A stretch of 63,622 bases of DNA, counting the filler, from Craspedostauros australis (Eukaryota): assembly GCA_030167865.1 (NCBI GenBank). It is 10 parts of 10 records of this genome, joined end to end, with 100 filler letters (N's around TTAATTAATTAA, not from the genome) between each part and the next. Parts side by side here need not be neighbours in the genome. Positions count along the whole stretch, not along the records: positions 20,901 to 36,818 come from JALAGF010006255.1; positions 36,919 to 42,136 come from JALAGF010006256.1; positions 42,237 to 46,206 come from JALAGF010006257.1; positions 46,307 to 50,752 come from JALAGF010006258.1; 6 more parts are not named here. The stretch is one strand, 5' to 3'. The notes under the pieces were generated by a model. It was not told where the DNA came from, made no database searches, and saw nothing but the letters and a program-made list of their open reading frames with translations. A program made the translations under genes and the position numbers. Shown piece by piece: positions 34,866 to 47,515 of the stretch; position 1 is the stretch's first letter; each line of letters opens with the position of its first letter.

Positions 34866-36023
34866 GGACACGCGGCAAAATGTCTGGCACGATCAAAAAA
34901 TCTCTTTCCTTAAACCAAATAAATAGCTTCGGCGTCTTTTGATATTGTGTAGGTCATCACAACGAAATTGATAAACTTATGCTGTCATGTGTCATTGTCG
35001 GGAATGTCGGGAATGTCGGGCGCTTTGTCGGGAATGTCGGGAGTTTTGTCGGGAATGTCGGGTGTGTTGTCGGGAATGTCGGGTGCTTTGTCGGGAATGT
35101 CGGGCGTGTTGTGGCGATTGTCGAGAATGTCGGGAGTCTCGGCACCACACATCTGCGCCTGGATGGGCAGAGTCCACGGGGAACAGACAGACGAAACAAC
35201 CGAAGAACGAAAATGCATGGTGGTAACAAAGGAAACAGACACACACAGGACGAAACCGACACACTCGCGATCATGTTGTGGATGTGTACTTGACTGGCAC
35301 AAGTTGAAGCACGACTGGAGATTTTGAACTGCAGATGCCCCTTTGCGTCCGCATGCCAAACGTTTCTAGTCATAGGCGACAACGAAACAATAACTTTGTA
35401 TTTACAAGTCCCAGGAGCTGAAACATTTACGAATCTACTCTACACACCATAATAGGATGACATAAGTGCTTATATTTATAATATTACAATCACTACATGA
35501 GTACCCTGCATTGCATACATGGACTGTGATGTGATGCGAGGCGACATGGTGTGTTGTTGTTGTGGTGTCAAGCGAAAAAGCTGGCCGTTGTTTGTCCAAA
35601 CCGCGAATCCGCACGGCAACAACAAACAACGCGCTCATCCGATTTGGGTGGCATTTTGTGTGTGTTCGGGTTGAAACTTCATGGATCGCAACAGCACTCA
35701 CGCTCCGCCAACATCATCCAAACAGATTGTCAACTTTGGTCGAGTATGTCGACTGTTGTGTGAGGAATGTCGGGAATGTCGGGAATGTCGGGCGCTTTGT
35801 CGGGAATGTCGGGTGTCTTGTCGGGAATGTCGGGTGCTTTGTCGGGAATGTCGGGAGCTTTGTCGGGAATGTCGGGAGTTTATCTGTTACGACTCAAGGT
35901 TCTCTCAAGGGAGTAATTGACGCAATACGCGGCAATGATGTATGACCAATTCATAATATCATGATATTATGTTACTTAACACGTTCCCGGTTGTAGCAAA
36001 TCCCGACTTTCTGCCGAGTGTCC
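34866..36023. mobile_element. Non-autonomous PIF/Harbinger-like element (MITE), 3-bp TSD CTG
   Basis: CTG|GGACACGCGGCAAAATGTC ... GACTTTCTGCCGAGTGTCC|CTG; excision restores the FAAL frame; no transposase ORF. Superfamily inferred from the CWG TSD. Confidence 0.8.
34995..35135. repeat. Subterminal tandem array of TGTCGGGAA-based 9/21-bp units; second array at about 35765-35880
   Basis: Directly visible; both arrays are in the same orientation. Confidence 0.9.
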
Positions 36024-36918
36024 CTGTCAGGAGATCAGAAAGGCTGTGATGGAGCACATCGGATTGGCACCGGCAACAGTCGCAGCCGTCAATGAACGCA
36101 CCATCTCCAAAACAACAAGCGGCAAGATCCAAAGACGCCGCAACCGACAACGTCTGCACGATGGAGACCAGAAAGCAATATTCAGCTTCCGCACAAACCC
36201 AAATTCAACCTCCCAAGTTGCACTGGATGGCGATGCCAAGTCATCACCAACCGAAACCATGTCGGCGAGGAACGTAGACCAAGACAAGGACCTCCAAAGT
36301 AAGACGTTCAATGAGATCATCACGAACGCAACGGGATCGCAAGTCAAGGGAGATGACACGTGGGAAGACGTTGGGCTGTCATCCATGGCGGAACTAGAGC
36401 TCCGGCAATCACTGTCAAAACGGTACAGCACCACCCTCCCTCTGAATTGCTTCCAGATGTTCTCAACCCTCATGGATCTCGAAACATTCCTCGAGACATC
36501 GCACGGAGAACCACTCCCAACGCGTCTCCCAATGCTCAAGAGACTTACTACCATGCGCAACGAGAAACAATTCCCCCAAACAACATCCTGTGGGAATATT
36601 CCAATGACACGCATACTTTGTGACCTTGAGAGTGATCAAATTGTGTCGTGAATGAATTTTGTTCCTCGATCAAATCAATCACGACTCCAGGAACCATGCG
36701 CGCCATTTTTTCAACAATGTTCCTTGTGTGTTACGTTCAATCAAAACACGGCGAAGATTCTGGATCGATCGTGGATCTGGATAACTATCGACCAACCGAG
36801 CACGACCTCGGAGTGCCANNNNNNNNNNNNNNNNNNNNNNNNNNNNNNNNNNNNNNNNNNNNTTAATTAATTAANNNNNNNNNNNNNNNNNNNNNNNNNN
36901 NNNNNNNNNNNNNNNNNN

Positions 36919-38959
36919 TGAGCAGCTGCTGCAGGGTCTTGGGGAGGTACTTCATCTTGGAGGTGATGAGATCCTCGACGTTTCCGCCAACGGACATGGT
37001 CAGGAGCGATCGTTCGTCGTCATCGATCTCGACGCTGCTGTTAGCATCGGCATCAGCTCCTGGACTTGGCCTGGTGTCGTGCCCATCTGCTCCCCATCTC
37101 CACGTGCAAAGAATGTCATCGTAGATGATGCGGTTTTCTCGCTGCAGCGCCTCCAAAGCTTGAACGATGTAGAATGGGTTGCCCAGCGTCTTGTGGTGTA
37201 GCTTGAATGACAAGGTCCTGATGACCTTGGTCGGCGAGTCAAGCAGAGACGACATCCATTGGGTGACCTCTGCCAACGTCATGTTCCGAAGCTTCACATG
37301 GGATATGGTGGGATCGTAGCGCGGCAGTTTCTCGAGCGTGCCAACCATCTGCATGAACGGATTTGAGGGTGGGAGGTTGATGGCGTGCTGGTCTGGGTCG
37401 TCTTGTTCATGGAAGCATGCGGGATCATCGATGTCGATGTGATCCTCGTCGTCATGATGATGATTGTCGATCTCATCCTCTCTCACGGTCCCAATGAGCA
37501 TGAAGTTGGTGATGGATGGGTCCATGAGAAGGCGAGAGAGCAAGGTGAGGGTGGCGGACGAGGCCCACTGCAGGTCNNNNNNNNNNNNNNNNNNNNNNNN
37601 NNNNNNNNNNNNNNNNNNNNNNNNNNNNNNNNNNNNNNNNNNNNNNNNNNNNNNNNNNNNNNNNNNNNNNNNNNNNNNNNNNNNNNNNNNNNNNNNNNCG
37701 TCTGCTTCTGACGAGATGATTTTGATGAGCTGGACGAAGAGGTATTGGACGCTCTTCCATGTGTCGCCAGCATTGGTGGCGATATCTTCGTGATGATCTT
37801 GCGTGGCATCGGTGGGGCGAGCGGCGACATGGGAAGGCAGGAGTACCGCCAGTGGCGGGATGACCTTGGTGAGCACCTTGCAATCATCGATGGACAGCCC
37901 AGCTGCGAGCTTGTGCTGAAAGTACTCCATTATGTGTGTNNNNNNNNNNNNNNNNNNNNNNNNNNNNNNNNNNNNNNNNNNNNNNNNNNAGGTGAGGGTG
38001 GCGGACGAGGCCCACTGCAGGTCATCAAGGAACAGGATGATCGATGGTGCAGCTGTCGTTGTTGCCGCTGTTGCCGCTGTTGTCGTAACTGCAGCGTCTG
38101 CTTCAGCGTCTGCTTCTGACGAGATGATTTTGATGAGCTGGACGAAGAGGTATTGGACGCTCTTCCATGTGTCGCCAGCATTGGTGGCGATATCTTCGTG
38201 ATGATCTTGCGTGGCATCGGTGGGGCGAGCGGCGACATGGGAAGGCAGGAGTACCGCCAGTGGCGGGATGACCTTGGTGAGCACCTTGCAATCATCGATG
38301 GACAGCCCAGCTGCGAGCTTGTGCTGAAAGTACTCCATTATGTGTGTCGGGCCTTGTTCCAGCTGCTGGACGAAGCTGGTGATTGCTTGGACAAGGGCGA
38401 CGTATGGGTTGTTCATGCCGCTGTACTCGTCGAGCTTGCCCCTCAGGATGTACACTTGATCGTCGTGGTGTTCGTGGTGTTCGTGATGCTCGTGATGCTG
38501 CTCGTTGGCTTTGGCAGCCGCTGTGTCCTCACGACGCTGGCTCTGTTTCGGATGCACCCGCAGCTTGATCTTGAGATCGTCAAAGAACTCTTCGAGGAGA
38601 TTCGACTTGCCTGTTCCACTCACGCCGGATACGAAAACGGCAGGAATTGGGTGGCTGGTCTTGGAACGACGTCGAGGATGGTTCGAGCTGTTGTCAATAC
38701 CGGCGCTGGCATCGGCTTGTGTTGTTCCTGCTGGCTGGGTGGAATGCCTGGCAGAGTCTGCAGATTGCGCAGACTTTCCAAGGTTGGATGGGCGTCGTCT
38801 TTCCTTGTGCTGCTGCTGCCGAGGCTGCCGTTGTTGTTTGGTGACAATGGTGTCAAATGCATCGAAGAGCAGCTTGATCTCGGCATGTCTACCGAACATG
38901 TCGCCCACCAATCTCTGCTGCATCCCGTCGGTTTGGTGGTGGCTTGTTTCTGTCATCAT
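36919..38959 (-). CDS. STAND/AAA-type P-loop ATPase (COG3899-like sensor kinase/regulator family), 3'-truncated at the contig edge
   Basis: MFGRHAEI, Walker A VSGVSGTGKS, PYVALVQA, Walker B ILFLDDLQWAS, KTLGNPFYI. The internal exact duplication around N gaps is probably an assembly artefact. Confidence 0.85.
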
Positions 38960-41419
38960 GTTCTTGTTGGCGTTGGCGGTGGCGGTGGCGGTGGCGTTGG
39001 CGGTGGCGTTGGTGTTTGATGTGGTGATCGTGCTGATGATGTTGCATCACTTGCCGATGGAAGTCGAGTTTGTGAGCTCGATTTGGACTTGGTCTTCTTC
39101 GGATGACGAGTCTGCATCCCCTCGTCATGTCCCACTCGTCTCGCCCGAGGAAAAGGTACCACTTCACATTCCTACGAGTACGCTACCAGCTCTCAATTGG
39201 CACACGTACCACACCCACCATGCGAATAGTGTCATCGACAGCAGTGTTGGTGTGTCTTGGTATGCTGGATACAAATGCCTGTGCCCTATCTCCATCTTGA
39301 GAAAACAAAATAGACGTGGCCCTTTGGGATCAGTTTGCTTTCATGCGATTTGCCGTAGCGGAGGCCAAATGATCCCTCTGCCCATGCGCGCCTTTCGTCT
39401 CCGGCTGGTTCTCTGTGCGTCAAGGGCCTCCCACCATGATGTCTATTCGGGTCCTCCGTGGTTGGAGGGGTCGGAGTGGCCCCAGAACTTGGGTACTGAG
39501 ACACACCAGGATGACTCAATGCCAGGGGGAGCCCCGCAATAGAGACTGGTCTGGTCACAATGGAGACAGTCACTTTCGTAAGGATTAGGGTCTTTCCAAT
39601 GCCCATGTGACGTCACGATTCGCTTTCTTCCTTTCCTGTCTCCCACGCTGTTTCGTCAAACTGTTTGTTTCCTCATGGTACCAACATTGGTTTTCGCGTT
39701 TTTACCCAATCTGAGCAACAATTATTGATTGACTGTCCGGATCTCTCTCTTTTTGTAACTTGTGTGTGCCAATCAATGCATGATTCTTGTCTCTTCGTGT
39801 TGATTTCTGTCCAAACAGCAGCCACCGTTCAAAAATACGGACGATAATGCCAAAATTGAGTACTTTGATACGTGGTGTACTCGCGTTGTTGGCAACGAGG
39901 AGGAGCGTTGGTTTTGTCAGTATCTGTGTGTGTGATAGTGTGATGCTATGATGTTATACTGTGTGTAGGATGAGGATTGGAGAGGATTATGAGGACAGGA
40001 GACGGATGGCTCTGTGTCTCCTCCTGTGTGAGGGCCTTGCGGACCGTCTGTCCTTCTTCAGGCCCATGGGTATGCCAACAGGTTTCTTGTGTGTGACAAT
40101 CCACTCTCTACTCTGAACACAACCATTCAGAAACTCGTTGACAAGACCACCAATCGACACTGCCTCCTCCCTCCCGCCCTTCCAACTCAACTTCATCCGT
40201 GGAGCAATTGTGTAGCTCATGTAGCAGTGGGATCGAGAGTGAAAGAAGAAGCATGCCATGCCAAGAACCCCAGCCATGCCAACAAACAATCCCCAACAAC
40301 AAATATACTTCAACACAACAGTCCCCTACCCTCTCATACTCAGCTGTGCCATACTTGGCATTCAACAAACACCCATCCATCCATCCCTGTCACACCAATG
40401 TGCCTGTAGAGATATCATTGACACCTGTGTCGAGATGTACATTCGTGTATGTGCATCGTTCACCCATTATTCTCTTCTACTCATGTACGGACGGTACAAC
40501 TACATTCGTGTCAATAGTGAACAGTGATTTGCCAAAATCACATCACGAAATGGAACACACAAAAACGAACAGAATTTCTGGAGGAAATCTGTAAACATTG
40601 ATTTCTGAGAGTATCAGGAACATTGTCCGTCCAACCATCAACAAAACATGTGATATCGAGTCTGGCTTGATATGAGCCCATTCAGTCACAAACCAACGAG
40701 TCGCGGGGGGAGACATTTTTTGGCCAGTTGGTCCGTCCTTCCGAGGCTCTCGCAGTGCGCCGTGTTGTAGCAATGCTCCGTCGGTCCGACTTTTTGATGA
40801 GAACCGTCAATCTTCCGTCAATGCCGGTTCAACAAAAACGGGTTGCAGCAAGACGTCGTGTTGATGGTCCACACAGCATTTCCACCCAATTTGGGCCGTG
40901 TTTTGTTGTTCTTGTTCGGCGTGTCGCGGAGTTGTGTTTGTGCAAACAGGCATGCTCGTCTTGGTGAGAACCATCACCATCGCCCGTAGATTTCGTACCG
41001 GGTGTTTTTATCGCACATCCGAGCCGTCGCTGCCTGAGCCTTCGCGTATGTTGGCGATCGTGTCGACAGACAGACATATGTGTTGCGCTTTTGACTACTG
41101 TCGGTGCGGAAGAGTCGTTTTGCTTCGGTGTTTTTTTTTCAGTCTGTTCAGGTGATCGTCGTGTTCGACATCACAGCACTGTTGTGTCACAGAATGCGAT
41201 TACTGGCGACTCGACTTNNNNNNNNNNNNNNNNNNNNNNNNNNNNNNNNNNNNNNNNNNNNNNNNNNAGTCTGTTCAGGTGATCGTCGTGTTCGACATCA
41301 CAGCACTGTTGTGTCACAGAATGCGATTACTGGCGACTCGACTTGCACTCTTGACAGGAACGGAACAGGAACAACAAAATTCCGTCTGCTTTGTCTGGTC
41401 AGCCAGGGCCACAGGTGAT

Positions 41420-41502
41420 CACCATCACCATCATCATCATCACCATCACCATCATCAATAATAATAATAATAATAATACTAAACATAATAATAATAATAA
41501 TA
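41420..41502. repeat. Compound microsatellite (CAT/CAC)n(AAT)n
   Basis: Directly visible. Confidence 0.9.
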
Positions 41503-42538
41503 GCAATGGCAATGTGGCCTCCACTGGCCATGTCAATTGTGAGGATGAATGCGGCTTAGAGATTTGCTGTCACTGAGGATTTGCATGCGTCTCTGGTTTC
41601 TCTACTCTGCACCACATCCGAGGCGCAGCGGATGAATTGGCTCATAAACAAAGCGAGAGATTTTTCTCCTCGAGCGCTTGTGTTCTGAAATAGCGCGAAG
41701 CGCGATGGCTATTGCGCAGTCGTTTTGTGTTGCTCACTGCTGCAAGATGATCGTTTCTTTTTCGACCGCGTCACTCTACTACTGGCTGTCAGACGCATAC
41801 GAACACTTTTGTATTCGTCAATCCGTGTTTTGATGGTTTGGGACCCCGTAGGATCCCTGCGGACGTGTCTGTGGAGGTGGTGCTTCGCGTCGTTGTTGTG
41901 GTGGTGGTTCCAAACTCTTGTGTCCAGCAACCAGCACTTCACGCATCACTGTTCCCATACGCACCAACGCGATACCCCTTGCAATTCTGTTGCGCAACTG
42001 CTGGTTCTCAATGACTGTTTCCCCGAAACCATGGGGCTTCGCTTTGCTTCACGCGCAACACCAGGGGCATCCGTTCACCTCCGACCTGCCTTGATTTTGC
42101 CCCTCCTGTTGCCACAGTGACACCCACCTCCTCCATNNNNNNNNNNNNNNNNNNNNNNNNNNNNNNNNNNNNNNNNNNNNTTAATTAATTAANNNNNNNN
42201 NNNNNNNNNNNNNNNNNNNNNNNNNNNNNNNNNNNNGTCACCAATCCTGTATTGGCATGCATTGCATTGACCGCCAGGGTGTACCAGCCAAAGTGACTCT
42301 TGAGGCCGACTCTTTTGTGTTGCTGTTGCCAAAACAACTGATCTGGAAATGCGAGTCTTTCTTGTTGAGCAAAGCAATGGCGAGGAAAGTGCTGCACGAT
42401 CTGGTCTCATAAAACGGATTCGACGCCATTCGAAGCAACACCAACAGTAACACCAACGCTCAAAACAACAACAGCGACGGAGACAAATCCACAAGACTCC
42501 ACCAGAGCACATACAATTGGATCATCATCATCATCATC

Positions 42539-44540
42539 ATGGTTTCATTTGGAAAAGCAGCGCTTGCGTTGTCCTTCATGAGCGCATTCATGGGCTTCAC
42601 TTTGGGCGAAGGTACGCACAGCGCTTCAGGATGTCCTGTTCGATGCTTGGCGGAAGGAGCACGAGCACGCTATTGGGAGCAGCTGCCAATCCAGAGAGAG
42701 AGAGAGGAGTATGCCACTGTTATCCTCGTCATTCTCTCTGGCCACACGCCTTTCCGTCTCATGAATCCTGCACTCTATGAACATCTACTGCATCGCTTGA
42801 AATACGATGAGGCGAACATTCCTTGTCTGCATTCCACACCTTGCCTTCTGACGATGGTCACACTCACTCCTGGCATTCGGCTCTGCTGCTACGATGCACC
42901 AACCCGTTCACTTTCGCATGTACGTGCGCGTTCGCGGACACGGACGCTTCTACTTCCATTTGCCATTCAATCATTCTATCTCCACGCACGAACCATATCA
43001 GATACGGAAGTCGCGCTGGGAAAGACTCGTCGTCTCAAGGGATCCGGCGCTGGACCTACATCCAAGGGCTCCAAGGCAGGCGAGATGGAGATCGACACTG
43101 AATCCTGGAGGTTGAGCTCCACCGCGTTCTATTACGAGCAACTCGCTCAAATTCCAAACGATCAAGTCAAGCAGCAGCTCGCTCAATTCAATGTCATCCC
43201 GGTTGGTGGCNNNNNNNNNNNNNNNNNNNNNNNNNNNNNNNNNNNNNNNNNNNNNNNNNNNNNNNNNNNNNNNNNNNNNNNNNNNNNNNNNNNNNNNNNN
43301 NNNNNNNNNNNNNNNNNNNNNNNNNNNNNNNNNNNNNNNNNNNNNNNNNNNNNGGATCCTGCTATCGATCAGGCTCAGTTGAGGAAGATCGAAATCAGAG
43401 GAGTGTCGGGAAAAATCTACGAGAACACACCACTGCTGAATCAGGTGTTTGGTGTTTCGCCTTCCATTACCCCAGAAGTGATCACTGGGCTCCAAAATGC
43501 CGTNNNNNNNNNNNNNNNNNNNNNNNNNNNNNNNNNNNNNNNNNNNNNNNNNNTTCTATTACGAGCAACTCGCTCAAATTCCAAACGATCAAGTCAAGCA
43601 GCAGCTCGCTCAATTCAATGTCATCCCGGTTGGTGGCAGTAATGGGGCATCGTTTGTGCTCGCAGCCCTCGGTGGATCAAATGCTTGCATCCCAGGTAAT
43701 CCAGGCGTTGGGCGCAACGGAGAGCTCACCGAGGCGGTGTGCGACAGGCTTGAGAAGGTTCTGGCATTCTGGTCGTCGGATCCTGCTATCGATCAGGCTC
43801 AGTTGAGGAAGATCGAAATCAGAGGAGTGTCGGGAAAAATCTACGAGAACACACCACTGCTGAATCAGGTGTTTGGTGTTTCGCCTTCCATTACCCCAGA
43901 AGTGATCACTGGGCTCCAAAATGCCGTTAGAACCTTCCTTCCAGGCAACTTCTCCAACCCTCTGCTGTCGATGTCCGTTTTGGAATCCGGAGAGCTGACA
44001 ACAACAGGAACCATCGGCTTCCCGTACCAATCCTTCGATGGGGCCCGCTTTTTCCAGCTTCTTCCCGCTCCTTCCATCCTGCTTGGAGAAGGGGCCCTCG
44101 AGATCCTGGAGAGATTTGGCGAGGCAGGCAGGCTTCGCATAGACAGGCATGTTGTGATCTTCTTCAGTCAGTATCTGTTCTCATTGGTTGAGCCCGGCGA
44201 TGTTGCAACCATGCCCGAGCTCACCGGAGCATCTGCAATCACACTGGAACTCAATAGAAAGAGACTTGCCGTCAACATGGATGTGTTGACAGGGTATTTC
44301 CATGCTCACGATATGGGCGACATGATTTACAACAGCTTCTGTGAGTTGTTGGAAGCCACACGCAGGTTCAGGTCGGCCGACGACGTCTGTGGAATAATTG
44401 TGGGGGCCCGGTTGGCTGCAATCGACGGCGACACCGTCAACGCAACGAAGGTCGTCGAATACGCCAGTGCCAACTACCTCAAGATCTTGGCTGCCGATCC
44501 GGCCATCTGCCCAACCCCGCCAGGCTGCTTTGATGGTTGA
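42539..44540 (+). CDS. Secreted protein with RXL site and KXXK motif, resembling neutral zinc metallopeptidases but lacking HExxH; probable intron 42612-43001
   Basis: Signal peptide MVSFGKAALALSFMSAFMGFTLG; GTACGC donor and TCAG acceptor in phase; TRRLKGSG..SKGSK; NPLLSM, ILLGEGALE, DVLTGYFHAHDMG. Gap-flanking exact duplications inflate the length. Confidence 0.65.
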
Positions 44541-46306
44541 TCGCTGCCGGCTCTCTACGAGCTACAAGAACGTAAGGCTGCCAACACTGATGCCCCCGAC
44601 TGATATGGTGCAGGAGAATAACAACATACATCAAAACTTAATCATCCGTGTACTACGTACTTGTACGACCTATTATACAATGCCATACCCAGGGTAGTGC
44701 CACACAGTAGACCGTCCGTCCCACACTTCCAGTAGGCAAGTGTTGCAAAGTGCAATCTTCTGCCCTCTCTCTCTCTCATGCATCCTCTATACTCGTGACC
44801 ATAGTGTCTCCTGGCTTGGGCAGAGGCCAAATTTTTTGGGAACCATTTGTAACAATTGGTATCTAGTCGCATGAGTCATGTTCTCTGTAGACACTGGTAC
44901 ATTTTGTACGTCAGTCCCACGCGAAGTGGCCCAAAAAACACCTTTTCTGCCACAAACCTCCTCGGAAAGTCCATGCCGCTCCATTCGTTTGAGCTCTCCT
45001 TTCGTGAGCACTCTCACGTATGGCTTTTCATCGTCCTCTCCAACTTTGATGGCGATTGGTTGTTTAGTTGTCGAGATCTGCTCGTTTCTCTGGTGCCGGC
45101 ACTCGTTCTTGCCATTCACGAATGCCATTCACGAATGCCAATCACCGCGATGTGTCGTGGCGAACTATTGTGTGCCCCAACGCGTGTTAACATGCGGTTG
45201 AAATGATCACAAAACAATGTGGTACCAACCGATGCGTTCCTCATGTGCAATGATCAGTCCCTTATATCCTGATATCATCCATTGTGGCTTAGTTCATCGT
45301 ATAGCATTGTAGTTGACAGAATGGTTGATAAGTTCTGCAATAGCGTTTCAGTTCTACTCCAGAAGATCGTCCACCAGCAACCGTCGTGTCAACAGCAACT
45401 TGGATGCATGTACATCGTTGCATCCATCCTGCTTGGGGGAGCAATGATCCCTTGGTCAGCATCGGCACACAAGATTAGTCCAGAATAGAGTAGAGTAGAT
45501 TGTTTCACGCCAAGGAGTTCAATCTCGCCATGCTCTGACCGCTCTTCATTGGATCCTCCATGTCGCTGAGGATGTGCAACTGCGCCGCGCATTATTTCCA
45601 TGCAGTGTGTGCGCATTTTAGCATGTATCGCGTGGGCAATGTAGAAGCCAGTGTTCGATTGGCCATAGCGGCGCTGAAGATCAGTAAAGAACATGAGGCT
45701 TAATCCACAGAATGGTTCGAACGCGGTTTGATGGAGCACGAACAGCGAATGCGTCAACGAATTCATCCATGGCATGAGCGTGAGATATTTAGCTACTCTT
45801 TGAGAGGGTGTAACAACCAGCGTCAATGAAGACAGTTGTGATGCGTGATCAGGAACTGATGTTTCCTCGCGAGGTTAGTATGCGGAAAAGCGACGAAAAG
45901 AGCTTGCAGTTGGTACATCTTTGGAAGAAGTGAGGTTCGAAGACCAGGACTACATGGGCAGGTGCAGGAGAGGATATTGCATCTATTGCAAGAAACGGCA
46001 CGATGATCCGACGTCAGGGCGATGCACAACCTTGCGTAAAATGGAGAGACTCAGGTGAACAGCACAGTCCGAATCAAAAACACGTAATAACACACGATAA
46101 TTTTTGGCGCGAACTTTTGTGTGTTCACGAATTGATGATCATGGCTGTCACGAGCATTAGTGACTGACTTCAAACACCCAAGGCAACACACAAAAGCATC
46201 CTGGACNNNNNNNNNNNNNNNNNNNNNNNNNNNNNNNNNNNNNNNNNNNNTTAATTAATTAANNNNNNNNNNNNNNNNNNNNNNNNNNNNNNNNNNNNNN
46301 NNNNNN

Positions 46307-47022
46307 GGCGAATCAAATGGAAGAGAGGCCGTGAAACCATCAGAGTCGACTTCTCCGTTGTTGCCAGAGGCGATCTGAGTCCAATTCCCGTTGTCCACCT
46401 GCCAGATGTGGGGATGGAAGAAGATCTTGTATGGCATGTTAGAACAGCCAGGAGCCAGAAACACATTGATGGAGTTAATTTGAACGTCTTCAACAATGAA
46501 TACATCGAATCTGAGAGGTTGAGAGGTTTGATTCAAGAGGTCTCCGTCAGTGGCTGCGAATCTCCATTCCTCGCAAAGCGGTGCCGGTGTGGGATGCTGC
46601 AGCGTGATGTCATAGTTGTTGTGAGGGGTACAGTCGTTGCAGTTCAAGTCGATTGAGCGAATTCGTTCCGTCCGATTTGTTGTGATGATCGCAAGTACAG
46701 GCAGCGTGAACACAGCGAGAGAGAGAGAGAGAGAGGATTTGGCGGAAGAGTCCGGGGTGAGTGCGAGCATACATACATGCTACACACATACATACATCCA
46801 TGCATGTATACGAACGAATGGACGTATGGAACGGATTCAGTGGGCGAAGAACCCAACATGGAAGACGTCAGTGAAGGCCACCAGAGGACAGTGAGTGCGA
46901 TGATCCAGGTGACTCACCGTTGTATTCCCCATGGCACTTGCTGTTGGGACTGCACTCCCAGCGATCATCGCCGCAAATAGTGCAGCAGCGTCGAATGGCC
47001 ACAGTGCCTTCATGATCAACAT
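46307..47022 (-). CDS. Possible secreted protein, partial and intron-containing
   Basis: Signal-like MLIMKALWPFDAAALFAAMIAGSAVPTASA followed by a GTGAGT donor; downstream beta-rich ORF (LRFDVFIVEDVQINSINVF). Acceptor not identified. Confidence 0.35.
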
Positions 47023-47435
47023 GCCAGCGTTGTGATTGATGGAAGAGAAGAACGGCCAATGCTGTATCGATTGCACTGGAGTACGGATGCCCATGATTTG
47101 TGTTGAACAAAGTTGCCTTCGCCTCCTTGAGATTGTCTGATCAAGTCTGTGCTTCTCACCACCTGCGCCGTCACGCCACGATCCAGGAGGCAAGTCTTCG
47201 TCTGCTTGCTGCGGAATGTTGCTTCATGAGATGCCACAAAACAGATATCGCCAAATCAAAGATCAGAACAAGAACTTGCCAAAGCCAATTGTTGTGGCTG
47301 CGAAATGGTCGGACATTGTGCGATGTCTTGTTCGCGGATCAATCATCACCACTTGTCTTGGGAGATGATGGGTGTCTGCTCTGTTGGAGATGAATTGCTC
47401 GCGCAGCTTCATCTCCTGTCTTTGTTGGGATGGTG

Positions 47436-47515
47436 TTGCGTTGCGTTGCATTGCGTTGCATTGCGTTGCATTGCGTTGCATTGCGTTGCGTTGCGTTGCG
47501 TTGCATTGCATTGCA
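47436..47515. repeat. (TTGCG/TTGCA)n pentanucleotide microsatellite
   Basis: Directly visible. Confidence 0.92.

Larger units (their letters stand above)
25887..36651 (+). pseudogene. Fatty acyl-AMP ligase (FAAL) fused to an acyl carrier protein, split by two transposon insertions; coding pieces 25887-27120, 34275-34865, 36027-36651
   Basis: FLQYTSGSTGNPKGVMVTH, SWLPQYHDMGLI, AYGLAE, GEIWVAGASVTAGYY, YLRTGDYG, GRKKDIIIVNGVNYYPQDIE, KTTSGKIQR, then ACP DDTWEDVGLSSMAELELRQSL. Removing both inserts and one TSD copy each restores FADAFCPYGLRKDW and DAATVCQEIRKAV in frame. Confidence 0.9.

Noticed and set aside
34995..35880. CRISPR-like array or CREC/GNV repeat proteins
   Set aside because: No unique spacers and no cas genes in a eukaryotic context; the repeats are subterminal motifs of a MITE and the ORFs are incidental.
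37550..38350. Internal domain duplication in the ATPase
   Set aside because: Copies appear identical and are bounded by N gaps, typical of scaffolding artefacts.
38153..39542. Long plus-strand ORFs (288 and 345 aa)
   Set aside because: Largely antisense shadows of the ATPase gene, with no motifs of their own.
39531..40709. Possible element bounded by CCCCGC/GCGGGG with GGAG duplication
   Set aside because: Only 6 bp of inverted match and no second copy in the window; could be chance.
43125..43925. Tandem repeats within the secreted protein
   Set aside because: Exact duplicates flanking N gaps; the same pattern occurs at 41140-41345, 57395-57500 and 62210-62930.
44640..46100. Short minus-strand ORFs suggesting a decayed gene or TE
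   Set aside because: Fragmented, with no motif I could assign with confidence.
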